From: Perkinsus chesapeaki ATCC PRA-425
Lineage: Eukaryota; Protista; Perkinsozoa
Reading direction: 5' to 3'
Assembly (NCBI GenBank): GCA_013115145.1
Contig: JAAPAO010000178.1
Span: forward strand, 1 to 57,334
Length of the DNA: 57,334 bases
Both the position numbers and the translations under genes were made by a program. The notes beneath the pieces are model-generated. The model saw only the letters and a program-made list of their open reading frames with translations, did no database searches and was not told the DNA's origin. Shown one piece after another: positions 10,938 through 22,808 of this stretch. The first letter of the stretch is position 1; each line of letters opens with the position of its first letter.

Positions 10938-12239
10938 GAGTGACTGTCACTCGCACTCGCCTCGCGCACACTTCCTGCTTTTATCTTTCATCTACGACTT
11001 TCAGAACCATTCATAGTCTTGCGCCACAGTATTCACAGTGGGGGGGGGGTCGATCATACGACATATATTGTGGACTTTCTAGCGGGCACGACACCCTCAG
11101 CCTTGCAGCAACGGCGCTGACATGAGCGCTACCAAGGTAGCGGATCAGAAATAACCTACCCAAGCGCAACGGTAGATTATGCTGGCCAAGCATACCAAGC
11201 CCTCAGAACCGATATACTCAGTAATGAAGCTGCTTCCCGTATTCGTTGAAATAATTTCCCTATTTCACCCCTACCACCAAATTGACGTCCCTATTCGTGA
11301 ATGAAGTGCCGTTATCCACGGAATAGATTTATCAAAAGTATAGAATGTCCCTCTGTTTTCAGATTTGCCTTCTCGAAATCTCCGCCTTATGGAATGAGGC
11401 TCACGTTCACCTTTTACTGGAACGCCCCGATATTCATTGCCCTCTAACAGATTCCTCACAATGATTATAAAGCTTCTTCGCAGGTCCCCTGCAGATCGTT
11501 CATGACCAACACTTCCTGTCCAGTAAGACTACGATATGTCTCAGCTACACTTTCTGTCTCCATGATGCAACCACTATTCTTCTGCATTGTAGGCATAATT
11601 GTATATCGTTCACGCTGTTACTTGCATCTAAGAACCCCTCTGTGTATTCCTTCGTATCTTGCTGGAACTATATTGTTCACTCGATACCCCGTTTTCCTTC
11701 AAGCAGTGTATCCGCCAACAGGCGCGATGCGCCGCACTATACCTGCCCTTCGCTTAGCTTAGGCGCCGCGCTTGCGTCAGGAGGAACACTCTGTAATCAT
11801 CCATAGCTCAAGTGTGCAACCACTATGCTTGATACCTGTATTTGTAAGCTAAGCAACTTTCCGAATCCCCCCATTCCCTCAATGTGGGGAAATATTCATT
11901 CTAGTTGCAGTGAACATCTGCATCCTAGGACTCGGACCATGCTGGTGATCGGTTTGAGTTCTTCCCCAACGATCGTGATGAGGATCGAGCGCTTCCGTGG
12001 TCCTAGCCTAGGACTCCTGGGTAGCGTAACCGATGATATTGTATTTTTTCGGCTCAGGACGTCGCCTCATCCAGATATGTCGTTCAAGAGGTTCAAAATC
12101 CTATTCGTCACTCTGCTGATCCAGGCCCAGACTGTGTTCCATTGTGACATCAGACACCTGAATGCGTCTGATAACGCCACATAAGTGGGCAGCAGCTATG
12201 CCGGTTTTGAGCCCAGCAAAGGAGCGGTTTAACCGTCTA

Positions 12240-12895
12240 CACCTTTATAATACCTAGTTCGTCCTTGGGAACATCAATTTCGCAGCGGCGGGCGAAGTTG
12301 AAGGTCCGAATCCGAAACCGTAAGATCTTTTCCGCGCTTGGGAAGTTCAATTTCGTCTTAGAACTTTCAATTCCGTCTCCACCCAGGAGGTGACTTCAAT
12401 TTCGCCCACTTAGGGAAGTCAATTTCGTGTTTCATACAATCAACTTCATCGTAGACTACGTGGTTAGAGAGTTTACTTTAAAAGTTTACTCGGTAGAGCA
12501 ATTGGCCATGACTCATGGCCCATGAGGACATGCCTGTCGGTGCTTAAGCTCATGCAATTCACATGCCTTTTTGAAGTTGAATGTCACATGCATCACGTGG
12601 CATACTTAACTTTTCAACACAGCCAATGTTGAGTTGTTGAAAGTTTAACTCTTTTAGAGTAAACTCTCTAACCACGTAGTCTACGATGAAATTAATTGTC
12701 TGAAACACGAAATTGATTTCCCTAAGTGGGCGAAATTGAAGTTACCTCCTGGGTGGAGACGGAATTGAAAGTTCTGAGACGAAATTGAACTTCCCAAGCG
12801 CGAAAAAGATCTTACGGTTTCGGATTCGGACCTTCAACTTCGCCCGCCGCTGCGAAATTGATGTTCCCAAGGACGAACTAGATATTGAAAAGGTG
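12240..12895. mobile_element. Non-autonomous Tc1/mariner-type MITE/foldback element, 245-bp TIRs, TA target-site duplication
   Basis: 12240-12484 is a near-perfect reverse complement of 12651-12895. Termini are CACCTTT..AAAGGTG, flanked by TA at 12238-39 and 12896-97. The 166-bp core is non-coding. Confidence 0.92.
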
Positions 12896-13413
12896 TACAT
12901 GCTTAGTCCCGAAGTATTGCCGAGACCTGTTTGCGCATGTCGCATTGCTATCAATTTCGACTATCTTTATAATGAGCAGGCTGGAGTTGGCGTTGGCAGT
13001 GGCGTCCACCATAATCGATACATTTGGCAGAGTAAATGACATGTGTAACTACTTCGTGCAGTACACAATGGAACGTAGTACGTATCACGCGTTTCACGCG
13101 TAAATGACGAAGTTTCCGTGTTTTACGTGTAGTGAGCAGTGGAATGTGTATTTCACAGGTGTTGTACATTACGCGGGTGCATCTCCAATATATATAGTAT
13201 ATATTGAATATGGCGGAAGCGTGTCGTGTTATTCGTCGCGAATGATTGGTGTTTTGTGTTCTTGGTGAAAAATGTTGAACGTTGTCTCGAATGGTCTCCT
13301 GGTATTATAAGTCCAGGGGCATTATACCACTGGTATGTATCTCTATAGAAAAATAGTTCTCAATACAAACACCCTAACAGTAACTGGTTGTCTGGCTGGT
13401 TATATCATATAAC

Positions 13414-13859
13414 TTATATGGACGGGTTCGGTAGCAGCGTATACCTGTCTAGTCTACGCATGTCCCGCATCCTTTTAAAATATTCTCTTGAGTTCGTTGT
13501 CCCATTACCAAGTATGCCGGCACCCTTGAAATTGACTCTGCTCAGCACTGTAGAAGACGCGCCATCCAACAGGGAGACTGCATTCGAAGAGGCTGTGGTA
13601 CGTCTTCGTCTCCCCTTTCCGTGAAAAATCAATACAAGTGGGATAATCAAGCAGTATATCATTGTGCTGATCACTGGGGGCGTGAAAGGGAATTTAAGTT
13701 ATTGTGGGAGGGAACCACCGTGAAAGTCTACCACCATGGTGAGGTGGTAGGGTCAGCACAGTTTTTAGGCACACATGGCAGTGTACTTGTACACTGTACA
13801 AGTCGATCTTGATAGGCAGCAACACCCGAACTCAGAGTCCCGAGAGCCACCCAATTCAT
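13414..13859 (-). CDS. Putative 3-exon small secreted Cys-containing protein (hypothetical)
   Basis: ATG at 13859 gives MNWVALGTLSSGVAA-YQDRLVQCTSTLPCVPKNCADPTTSP. A phase-matched GT-AG intron leads to C-DQHNDILLDYPTC..ECSLPVGW..GC. The last exon is uncertain. Confidence 0.35.
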
Positions 13860-14557
13860 GAAAAACCATCGGCGTTGCCTTAGACCGACCGGTCACCGCT
13901 CAGCGATATGCCGGCGGAGTATACAATGAGTCTGTGATAAAGACTAATAATCAGAGGGAAAATCAATCTTGATTTCGATTCGGCGTCTCACACGCCCCGT
14001 GTGAGATTCCGGAAATCGGACTCAGATTGTGATTCTTGAGTGTTTTATTATGTTATGGATTCCACGGTGGAATTTCCACCTTATGACTGGTTTTTATCTA
14101 AAGCATATGCTAGATACAACTTCGAATGACCATGTTCGAATGCTTCGATATGATAGGCCAATCGCAAGCAATGAATAGCAGCTTTCACGAAGCGCCCTTC
14201 CGCGATTGGACGATTGGCGCCCTTGTTTGGACAGCTATGTAGAACGATTGTGATCGTTCAAAACACGATCCTGCTCCATCGGGCCACCACAAAAAGGTGA
14301 ACAGTATCGAAGTAATAGGTTATAAAGCGATGGTCAAAGCGTGTGTGGCCCGCATGCTGCGAACATTAAGTTTATGATTTATTTTGTCGCTAGTATCGAT
14401 TGAGCAATTGGGGTAGGCTGTTAATCCCGCCTATCTCGGGTCCCTGTGTACTTATGGGCATAGGGAGATGGGAGGACGAAGGTGACTTCTATTATATTCC
14501 GATGACTGTTCGACACGACAATATCTTTGTAATGGGAACCATGATGAAAAATTCATA

Positions 14558-15928
14558 CTAGAAATTAACAGCCTCTCTGATCGAGTCGGCAACACGATGT
14601 TTATTAGGGACATAGAACTCTTCCCATGCCAACGGAAAGGGGGTATCAAAGCCTGTCACGCGCTTAACTGGTGCCAGCAGCGATAGGAAGCAGTCTGCTT
14701 GAACCTTCGCTGCAATTTCAGCGCCTGACAAAAGGAGTGGACCCTCAAAGCCTCTGCTATCCTCCTTACCGAACCCATTTGTCATTGGTGCTTCGTGAGC
14801 TATGATACATCTCCCGGTCTTTTTGACCGAATTAACAACTGCATCCCGGTCCCATGGCAGAATGGTTTGCAAATCTATCACCTGCGGCCAGCGTAGACAT
14901 TAAAGCGATAAGAATCATCCTTACCTCTGTCGATATTCCCTCTTTGGTTACCATCTCCGCGGCCTCCATGCAGCGGTTCACTTGGTTGCCCCAGGCGATC
15001 ACCGTAACGTCGCTCCCTGGCAAGCCATCGCGACAGCGCTGATGAAGGGGCAAATCCTCACCTTCCCTGACGGTTTCGGCTTCTCCCAGTGGGATTTCGA
15101 AGTCACCAACAGGCACCTCATCGCTGCTCGCCCTATACAGGACTTTGGGCTCGAAGAATATACAAGGATTCCTGTCCCTAATACAAGCCAATAGCAGACC
15201 TTTGGCTTGTAGGGCAGATCGCGGTACTGCAATCTGAATGCATATGTTATGGATAGCACCTTAGGGGGCTCCTACCTTCAGGCCGGGGCAATGAGCAAAG
15301 AATGCTTCGACGCTTTGACTGTGGTACAGTGCACCATGGCCCACAGCACCGCAAGGAGCGCGGAAGGTGACACCGCCAACATTGTAGGCCCCAGAAGCGC
15401 GGTAGCGATATCTGCGCTTGCTTGACCGGCAGGCGGGTAGCAGGTAGCTCACTTGGCTCCTTCGTTGACAATTTGATCGAAGGCTGGATAAATGTAGTCG
15501 GCGAATTGGATTTCGGCGATGACATCATGGCCTCCAGTGGCCGCCATGCCAAATGCGAAACCAGCAATTCCCTAAGAGAACGGATTCGAATGAAGCTGAC
15601 TGGCGGGCTCACTTGCTCCGTTAGGGGAGAGTTGAATACCCGGTTTGGTCCGAAGCGATCTCGCATATTAACTGAGCATCGAAAAACTCCACCGAATGCA
15701 ACATCCTCGCCTGAGAGACACTCGGGTTTACGGCAAGCCTGCAGCAAGGCTACCGAACATGACGGTCTTCGGATTTGTCTCCAACGCCACAGTCATAGCC
15801 GAGTTGATGGCCATGAACATGTTCATGTTCTCAGTGGGCCCCGAGTGTGCCCTAGACCCACCACGGTGGGGGAATCTTATAGCGCGACCATTCCCACCGA
15901 GACATTTGCGGCTCAGGCTTAGGGCCAT
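14558..15928 (-). CDS. BCKDHB: Branched-chain alpha-keto acid dehydrogenase E1 beta subunit, multi-exon
   Basis: Motifs [68 protein letters not shown], plus an Arg-rich transit-peptide-like N-terminus. Confidence 0.95.
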
Positions 15929-16033
15929 GAATAACAAACAAAACTAGATCCGCCAGGTAGATGTAACAAGCACAACAAGTCTACTTTACAATGAAGAAAC
16001 TCACTAACAAGCACGAGTGCCCCGCCGGGCGTA

Positions 16034-17346
16034 TCACTGATTTGTCCACTTCGCCTGACGCTTCTCGCTAAAAGCTGTCATTCCTTCCTTTCTGTCCTCC
16101 AACGCCCATGTGGAATGGAAAGCAGACCTCTCGAACCTGAGCAGCAAGAATGAACTTGCCGAGGTGGTGAGTCCAAAGTATACGAGGCACACAAACGCTG
16201 TCAAGTCAGAGTTTCGCGTTGGCCAATGGGCCGTGTGAGAAGGGTCACGTCGGAGGCGTTATGGCAAAAAACGAGTCGGTTAATCCGACTCCAGCCAAAG
16301 GCCTCTGAGTTGTTGCTGTAAGGTTCCCCGAAAGTACATTCGGAAGCACAGCTATGTGTGGGGCGAATCACAATGACGAATGGTTGCTCTCGGGAGCGAG
16401 CTGATCGATATGAGGTGAGGCTCACCTCAGTCCTTCAGCCAGAGTTGTCTCATAGGCGCGATTGACAACCTCCTTCGCCATTGCAATGGCAGGAGCCGAC
16501 AACGACGCTATTTGCTCAGCCATCTCAACAGCCTTAGGGACGAGCTCATCTGCAGGATACACCTGTTCAGGCAGATGGGGTAGTCTGCGAAGGGCGGTCC
16601 GCCTACATGAGAGACTAGTCCCCGTTTAAGAGCTTCATCCGCGTGCATGCGCCTTCCGGTGAGGCAAAGCTCCATGGCTAGGCTCTTGCCAACTACTCTA
16701 GTCAATCTCTGGCTGCCACCAGCACCGGGAATGGTGCCCAAAAGTACCTATGGGACGACTACTCATCGAGAGCTAGCCTAAACAGGTCACCTCTGGCTGA
16801 CCGAAGACAGCTTTTTCACTGGCCAGTGCGATATCACACATCATAGCGAGCTCGCACCCGCCGCCCAAAGCATAGCCGTTAACAGCCGCGATGACAGGCT
16901 TCTTAATTTGAGCCAAGTCTTGCCAGAACCCTAGCATGTTCTCCTTACAGACCTCTGCCATGGTCTCTCTGCTGTTCATTTCCTTAATATCAGCTCCGGC
17001 AGCGAACGCCTTCTCGCCGGTGCCAGTGATGACTATGGCGCGCACACTGTCGTCCTTGTCAAGAGCACTGGTCACGGAACTGAGCTCGGTCATGAGCTCG
17101 TCGCACAAGGCATTGAGGGCCTTGGGACGGTTAAGCCTGAGCCGAAGGAGACGATCGCACCGGCAAAGCAGAGCAGCAGCAGCCACGTTACGTTATTAAC
17201 GCTGTCCCTTTGTCGGCGTTGACGTCTACTAGAATGTTCTTGTAGCCGGAGTAAGAAGAGAACCCTCTGTGGAGTGCGGCGATGGCACTCACTCGCGGAA
17301 CGAAGTTCTGGGCAGCGCGGCGAGCAATTGAGTGAAATGACAACAT
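16034..17346 (-). CDS. ECHS1: Mitochondrial short-chain enoyl-CoA hydratase (crotonase), multi-exon
   Basis: [59 protein letters not shown]; last exon [21 protein letters not shown]. Confidence 0.93.
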
Positions 17347-17478
17347 TAAGAGGGAGAAAAGTCTACTAAATAATGAAGTAATTAATAACGCAAGACCGAA
17401 GCAAGAAGGATGAACTCAACACAGCGGTACAGTAAAACGAGGAGGTTGATCATGGTACATGTGGGACGCGGGAGAGTG

Positions 17479-20400
17479 CTACTGATACTGTCTAAGGTCG
17501 TTGCATACTCTTGAGGCCTCACTGTTGGGGTCCTCACACCCTGGACTCGAGCCTGCTTCCTTATAGTTGCAGCAGCAATCATGATAACCCAGCCATGGGG
17601 CCCTCCACTCTAGGTAAGCTGGAGCGCACTCGTCAGGGAAAACATATTGGGCGGGTGAGATCACGAACGGCTCTGTCGGGCTCACTGAGACCGAGAACTC
17701 CACATGGTCCACGCAAGGCCTCAGACTGCCTTGGCACCAGCATGCCAGGTACTCCCCTGCAGACACGGTCTCGGCGTCTACGATGCCGAAGTCAAAAGCC
17801 AAGCATTGAGTCGAATGTGAGGGGGCCTGGCAGCCCTCACTCCGCCCAGAGGCTCCCATGCCTTCAAGCGCTCCAGGGCTGACCGAGCATGGGTCAGTGC
17901 CGCTGGGAACGGGATCGGTCGGCCGTTGCTTAATCATTAGTTTGTCACCAGGATCCAAAGGCCGACTGTCAGGAGCTATGTACACCACGCACTTGGAGTG
18001 CTGCTCGCATTGGAGTGGCCTCGTAGGATCCGGAGAAAAGCGCGTCAGAGCCAAGATGCCGCCTGGGGTCTTGTAGTCGCCAGCGGAGTCGCTGCAGCCA
18101 TCGCTGGCACGGCACCAACATATCAATATAGTGATCCCTGTTCGAGAACCGTCAAAGACCTCGAAGTCTCGCCAGACGCCATCACCGTGGAGGAACTCGG
18201 TACGATACTCAGACCCATCCACTGCGCGAGAGGTCATGATGGCAGGGTCAGAGGGAGGCCAGTATCCGATGCTCGACAGCGAAGAGGTGCATTCGACTGT
18301 TCCGGTGAATGCCGACAGTCGAATGCGGTCCCCCGCGGTGAGTCCATGACCAGCGTACTTCGAGATGACACATGTGTACCCCCAGCGGCACACATGGTAG
18401 TTGCTGTCGTGATCGGGACCAGAGACCACGAGGAGACCTGCGAGGCCACCGGACCACAGCGCATCCTGCAGAGAGCAGCAGGAGGAGGCGCACCAGCAGA
18501 CCTTGTACTCCCCCGTCATAGAGATGGTCACATTCGGCCACTCCAAAACGGTGAGATTGGCAGGGCCGCGACCCGTCGCATTCACCGAGTAGACGACAGG
18601 AACCGACTCGGGCATGTAAACAGCGTTGTGATGACGGCGCGAGCCAGGTGCCCCACAATAAGGCACTTTGGTGATGGCTATAGTAGAGGACTGGTCCAGG
18701 CCAACTCCGACAACATACACTGTGGTAGGCCGATAAGGAGCCAGATTACGCTCACGTTGACCACTTACAGCGGAACCCGCTCGCCACCACATATAGCCGG
18801 CGCTGGTCAATGACGGCAGCTCTTGCAAGTAGAGCCCTCGAAGATCGAAGGCGGCAACGGCAAGGTCCCAGCTGCTGGTGAACAGCCATGGGCTGATAGC
18901 GCTGTCACGGTCGGACTGGCCCCAAACTATGGCCCCTCGCGCCGCTGCACCATTACTTTCCCGCGGCCTCCTCGAGTTGGCGCTCACTGCGCTGTCCCCG
19001 CTAGTAGACACAAGTGGCTCTCTTATGACCCTGACCGGCAGAGGCCGCTGACGGCGCAATTCCAGCCTCATATCACTGAGTTTGACACGCTCTTCCGCGT
19101 TGGATTGGGCGACCTGGAAACGCACTGTGGACTGTGGTGACTCGAGTAAGGTTTCTTCAATGGCAATCGTCATTCCACCGTTGGGTATCTTGCCACCCTC
19201 TACACCACAGCCACCATAGACAACCTGGTCTCTGGTTCCCAAGGCGGTGTAACCGCCCCCGAAGGCTGTGCCGTGGTGCTGAGCCCAAACCTCAAACGCC
19301 TGTCCCTCCACAGCAGCAGCACCGCTGCTTGTGGACTGCAGCTGTAACGCGGCGACGTCGTCACAGCGCCTCAGGTCGCACACAGTAACCGTGCGGTCCA
19401 ACCCGCCCTTGCCCGGCCTGGGGAGGACATTCACAACATTACAAGTGCGACCTGGTGAGCCCAGTGATGCGCAGTAGTTAAGGCACTCCCTGATAGTCAA
19501 CCTTCCATGGGCTCTAGCAAGACCTCCGGCGTCGAGGGCCACACAGTCTGGCCCTACTGATGTAGCGAAGGTCCTCACCAGAGACCACTGCTCGGGAAGA
19601 GAGGATGACCAATTTGTTATGGGCAGCTGGCCCACTCTGCAGTCCTCAGCAGGTATGGCACCGATACTGCTGATCACAAATGACCCCCTAACGGCCGTGA
19701 ACTCCCAAGGAAGGTCGACCTCGAGGGTCACCGTTGGAGCCAGACCATCGGATGCGCAGCTGAGATCAGTTATGTTCTCTAGCTCTCGTCTGTTGGCGGC
19801 GGGCAATGGCCAGCACGGATGAAAGCTGGCGGTCCCTGAGGCAGCGTCAATCTCGACGAAGGGAGCGTTGCCGGGTGGACCAGGACTAGAGAACCAGGAG
19901 GTGGTCCCCTCGGTGAGTAGGCGAGTGCCGTCCACCGGGGACCAGAAGTCCGCGTCACCCGATGCGGTGAGGGTCTCATTGGTGTCGTAGATGAAAATAG
20001 AATCGAGAGTTCGAACCGCTAGGAAGTCGGAACCCGAGGAGAGGCTGAGGCCAACAGCCAGGGACGAGGCGCCTAGAGACCAAGTGCCCGAGACCACTGG
20101 GTTCAGGTACTGGTCCAGGGATAGGGCAGAGACGGTCCCAGTGGTGCACGCTACGAAGACCCAATCACCCTGCATTCCGAACGAGCCACACTGGAGATCA
20201 GCAATGCCGCCGACCTCACAGAGGTCGTCTACAGCGGCAACAGGCACACTAAGATCGACCATGGTCCACCAGGATACACCACCGGCGAAGGTGCCAGCGA
20301 CCAAGAAGGCACCATGAGGGCACCAGGACAAGGCCGACACGGGCTCGCCTACCTGAGCCATCGCCATCACCGAGGACAGCACCGGTTCAAGCCGGAAGAG

Positions 20401-21204
20401 GAATACTCTACCGAGGCTGTTGCCAACAGCTACGACGTCGGTGGTGTTCGGAGAGAAGGCTATGGTGTTGAACGAGCTCGGCTCCGCCTCCACCCTGAGG
20501 ACCGAGTACTCCATAGCAGCACCGAACGTGACGTTCCACACAGTGGCCCGACCGTCGGCACTAGACACGGCCATGAGACCCTCCTGAGAGGCAACGCCTG
20601 TGATAGGGGCACCATCAAGGCTGGCTACACCGGCCCAGAGTTCGGACCCGCTAGTGGCGTCCCAGAGCCGGACAGTGCCATCGGTGTGCCCACCGATGAC
20701 GACACCCTCGGGCCCGGCAGCAACGGCGCTGACATGCGCACTTCCGAGGAGCCTTCTCGGTGGCGGTACAATACCGTCTTGAATGGCAAAGGTGTCGTGT
20801 TGGATGACGGTAACGGGAAGGCTGGTGGTGGAGGACAGATCAAAGCTGCGCCCCCCATCCGAGGAAAAACAGGCTCGGCCAGTCCCAGGATGCTGAGCAC
20901 GCAAGCTACATAGGAGTTTGAAGACGCCGGTGTTATTATGAAAGCCACTAGGGACCTCTGGAGAACACTTTCCAGGCGGCGAGAGGAACCTGGTCCCACC
21001 AGCCAAGGCGCCACAAGTGCCGCCAGATGGAACAAGGACCACAGAGCTGATCGATTGCAACTGGCGACCCGCGACGTGCAAAGTGAAGGGCGCGAACTGC
21101 ACGATACAAGTCGAGGCCGCACTGCTACCAGCTTCGATCCAGACACGGTAGATCTCGGGGCCTAGGGACGCGGCCAACGGGAGAAGTGTGAGGAGGTGCA
21201 ACAT
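17479..21204 (-). CDS. Large intronless secreted protein: signal peptide, WD40 propeller, PAN/apple-like Cys module, CWC-motif repeats (~1241 aa)
   Basis: Uninterrupted 3.7-kb ORF. Likely start MLHLLTLLPLAASLG at 21204. WD-like units (GHTDGTVRLWD, SSADGRATVWN, VSALSWCPHG), CLNYC..TCNVVNV..CDLRRC, and repeated (Y/I/L)xxCWC..C. Confidence 0.85.
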   Translation of the reverse strand: MLHLLTLLPLAASLGPEIYRVWIEAGSSAASTCIVQFAPFTLHVAGRQLQSISSVVLVPSGGTCGALAGGTRFLSPPGKCSPEVPSGFHNNTGVFKLLCSLRAQHPGTGRACFSSDGGRSFDLSSTTSLPVTVIQHDTFAIQDGIVPPPRRLLGSAHVSAVAAGPEGVVIGGHTDGTVRLWDATSGSELWAGVASLDGAPITGVASQEGLMAVSSADGRATVWNVTFGAAMEYSVLRVEAEPSSFNTIAFSPNTTDVVAVGNSLGRVFLFRLEPVLSSVMAMAQVGEPVSALSWCPHGAFLVAGTFAGGVSWWTMVDLSVPVAAVDDLCEVGGIADLQCGSFGMQGDWVFVACTTGTVSALSLDQYLNPVVSGTWSLGASSLAVGLSLSSGSDFLAVRTLDSIFIYDTNETLTASGDADFWSPVDGTRLLTEGTTSWFSSPGPPGNAPFVEIDAASGTASFHPCWPLPAANRRELENITDLSCASDGLAPTVTLEVDLPWEFTAVRGSFVISSIGAIPAEDCRVGQLPITNWSSSLPEQWSLVRTFATSVGPDCVALDAGGLARAHGRLTIRECLNYCASLGSPGRTCNVVNVLPRPGKGGLDRTVTVCDLRRCDDVAALQLQSTSSGAAAVEGQAFEVWAQHHGTAFGGGYTALGTRDQVVYGGCGVEGGKIPNGGMTIAIEETLLESPQSTVRFQVAQSNAEERVKLSDMRLELRRQRPLPVRVIREPLVSTSGDSAVSANSRRPRESNGAAARGAIVWGQSDRDSAISPWLFTSSWDLAVAAFDLRGLYLQELPSLTSAGYMWWRAGSAVSGQRERNLAPYRPTTVYVVGVGLDQSSTIAITKVPYCGAPGSRRHHNAVYMPESVPVVYSVNATGRGPANLTVLEWPNVTISMTGEYKVCWCASSCCSLQDALWSGGLAGLLVVSGPDHDSNYHVCRWGYTCVISKYAGHGLTAGDRIRLSAFTGTVECTSSLSSIGYWPPSDPAIMTSRAVDGSEYRTEFLHGDGVWRDFEVFDGSRTGITILICWCRASDGCSDSAGDYKTPGGILALTRFSPDPTRPLQCEQHSKCVVYIAPDSRPLDPGDKLMIKQRPTDPVPSGTDPCSVSPGALEGMGASGRSEGCQAPSHSTQCLAFDFGIVDAETVSAGEYLACWCQGSLRPCVDHVEFSVSVSPTEPFVISPAQYVFPDECAPAYLEWRAPWLGYHDCCCNYKEAGSSPGCEDPNSEASRVCNDLRQYQ

Positions 21205-21483
21205 CAGACCGGTGCGGGCATGCGAAACGAATTGGCACCAGTGGCATTGACAGGAGGTGGACTGAGACTCGACACACGCAAGTCGGATACGTTGAAGGAG
21301 AAAGGCAGGAGTACCAAGATAGGTATATACGGTGGTATTAGGAGGAACTGTCATCATCATTTATGCGGCAAGTGGTGGTAAGAAACAGGGGTCGAGCTCC
21401 GCCTGGGGTCTCATTGGTCTGTGCTCCCTACCTCTATACCTAACATCGCCGATCAACAATCCCCCATAATCCCACAGGCCATG

Positions 21484-22521
21484 TTACTTAGCAAAAAGCT
21501 CATCATACGAGGCAGTACCCTCCGCATGGCTGGCCGTGGCTTGAGGTGTCACCTTCTTGGAAGACTCCTCTAAAAACACCACCACCATCAACAACACCCC
21601 CAAGGCGGCCTAGTACTACCAGCAGCCATGGCCTTCCTGACCTGTGCTTTCAACTCGGCCTTCCGTCGTTGCGCCTCCTCACGCTCCTGTCTCTTCTTCT
21701 CCTCATCAGCTGCACTGGCAGCGGCAGCAGCAGCCTGACCATGGCATTTGTCAATCCGACCAGGTACCCCATTTACCTGTTTCTTAGCCTTTTCCTCAGC
21801 CTCTTGCTGTGCCTTCTTCTTCCTCTCCAGCTCCATCATTTGTGCCGGTGTAAGGCCTTCCTCCCTGATGCGCTCCTTCTCCTCGGCGGCCTTCTTCTGT
21901 TCGCGCTAAACCCAACCGCTACCCCTTCCCGTATGGTCAGCGCTATTACCATTTTCCTCAAGTGGGCCGGTACATAGATACCAGGCTTGGCCTCATCCGC
22001 AGCCTTCTTAGCAGCGGCCCTACGTCATACCGTACCCTCCCCTCAGAGCCGCCAGAACTACCTTTCGGCCTCCTCATGCTCGTGGCGCTTCTCCTCTTCC
22101 TCCACTTCAGCTGCAACATCAGCCGCCGTCTTCCCCCATGCAACTTTACCTGCTAAAATCTATCCAACCTAAGGTTCTAAACCCCCCATTACTCTCCGTC
22201 TCGGCGGTCTCGGCTGCCTGAGCTGGCTCCACTGGGGCCTTGGGCTCATCCTTGGCGATGAGATCGGTCTTGACCACCTTAGCCTCGGTCTTAACGGATG
22301 GCTCAGCACCGCTCACGATTGCAGTGAAGTTGTCCTGGATCGTGCGCCCGTAAAAGTCAGTTGAAAGACACCTTGCGTACCTCCAGACCATGGCCCTCTT
22401 GGGAGTCGTCCTGATTCTCCTCTACCTTGGCCTCCTCCTTCAGCTTGGCCGTCATATTAAGGGACTTTACCTTCTTCTTTTTCTTAGCAAATAAAGCTCC
22501 TAATCCCGCAGTTGTAGACAT
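21484..22521 (-). CDS. Hypothetical Lys/Glu/Ala-rich coiled-coil protein, multi-exon
   Basis: MSTTAGLGALFAKKKKKVKSLNM.., then spliced charged exons (ERKKKAQQEAEEKAKK, EEKKRQEREEAQRRKAELK). Probable end ..YDELFAK*. Confidence 0.65.
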
Positions 22522-22808
22522 CTTGGAATATAAACAATAACCTACCCACGTGCGACGGTAAAGCTAACCCCCTACCCCCTCAATCACCTTGCCCTACTAT
22601 CTCTTCATCAGGCTGGTGAGCAGAAAATGTAACTGGCGCACGCCCCAATAATCGATTTGAATGCCCCGTGCGCAGCACTTTCGGTTGGAGCAGAGACTGC
22701 TCGTGAAGAGAGTTGTATTATAGGGATTACTGCTGTAACCGTCTTGCCTTCATCTTTCGGTATGAGTGAGCTTGGTGGTAATAGTGGCGTCATTAGTGTT
22801 TCATTTGT

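Noticed and set aside
11271-12184. Medium ORFs on both strands
   Set aside because: No recognisable motifs or consistent gene structure.
12742-13039. ORFs overlapping the MITE right arm
   Set aside because: Chance frames across a TIR with no transposase motifs.
17511-21165. Many plus-strand ORFs up to 271 aa
   Set aside because: Antisense shadows of the GC-rich minus-strand giant ORF.
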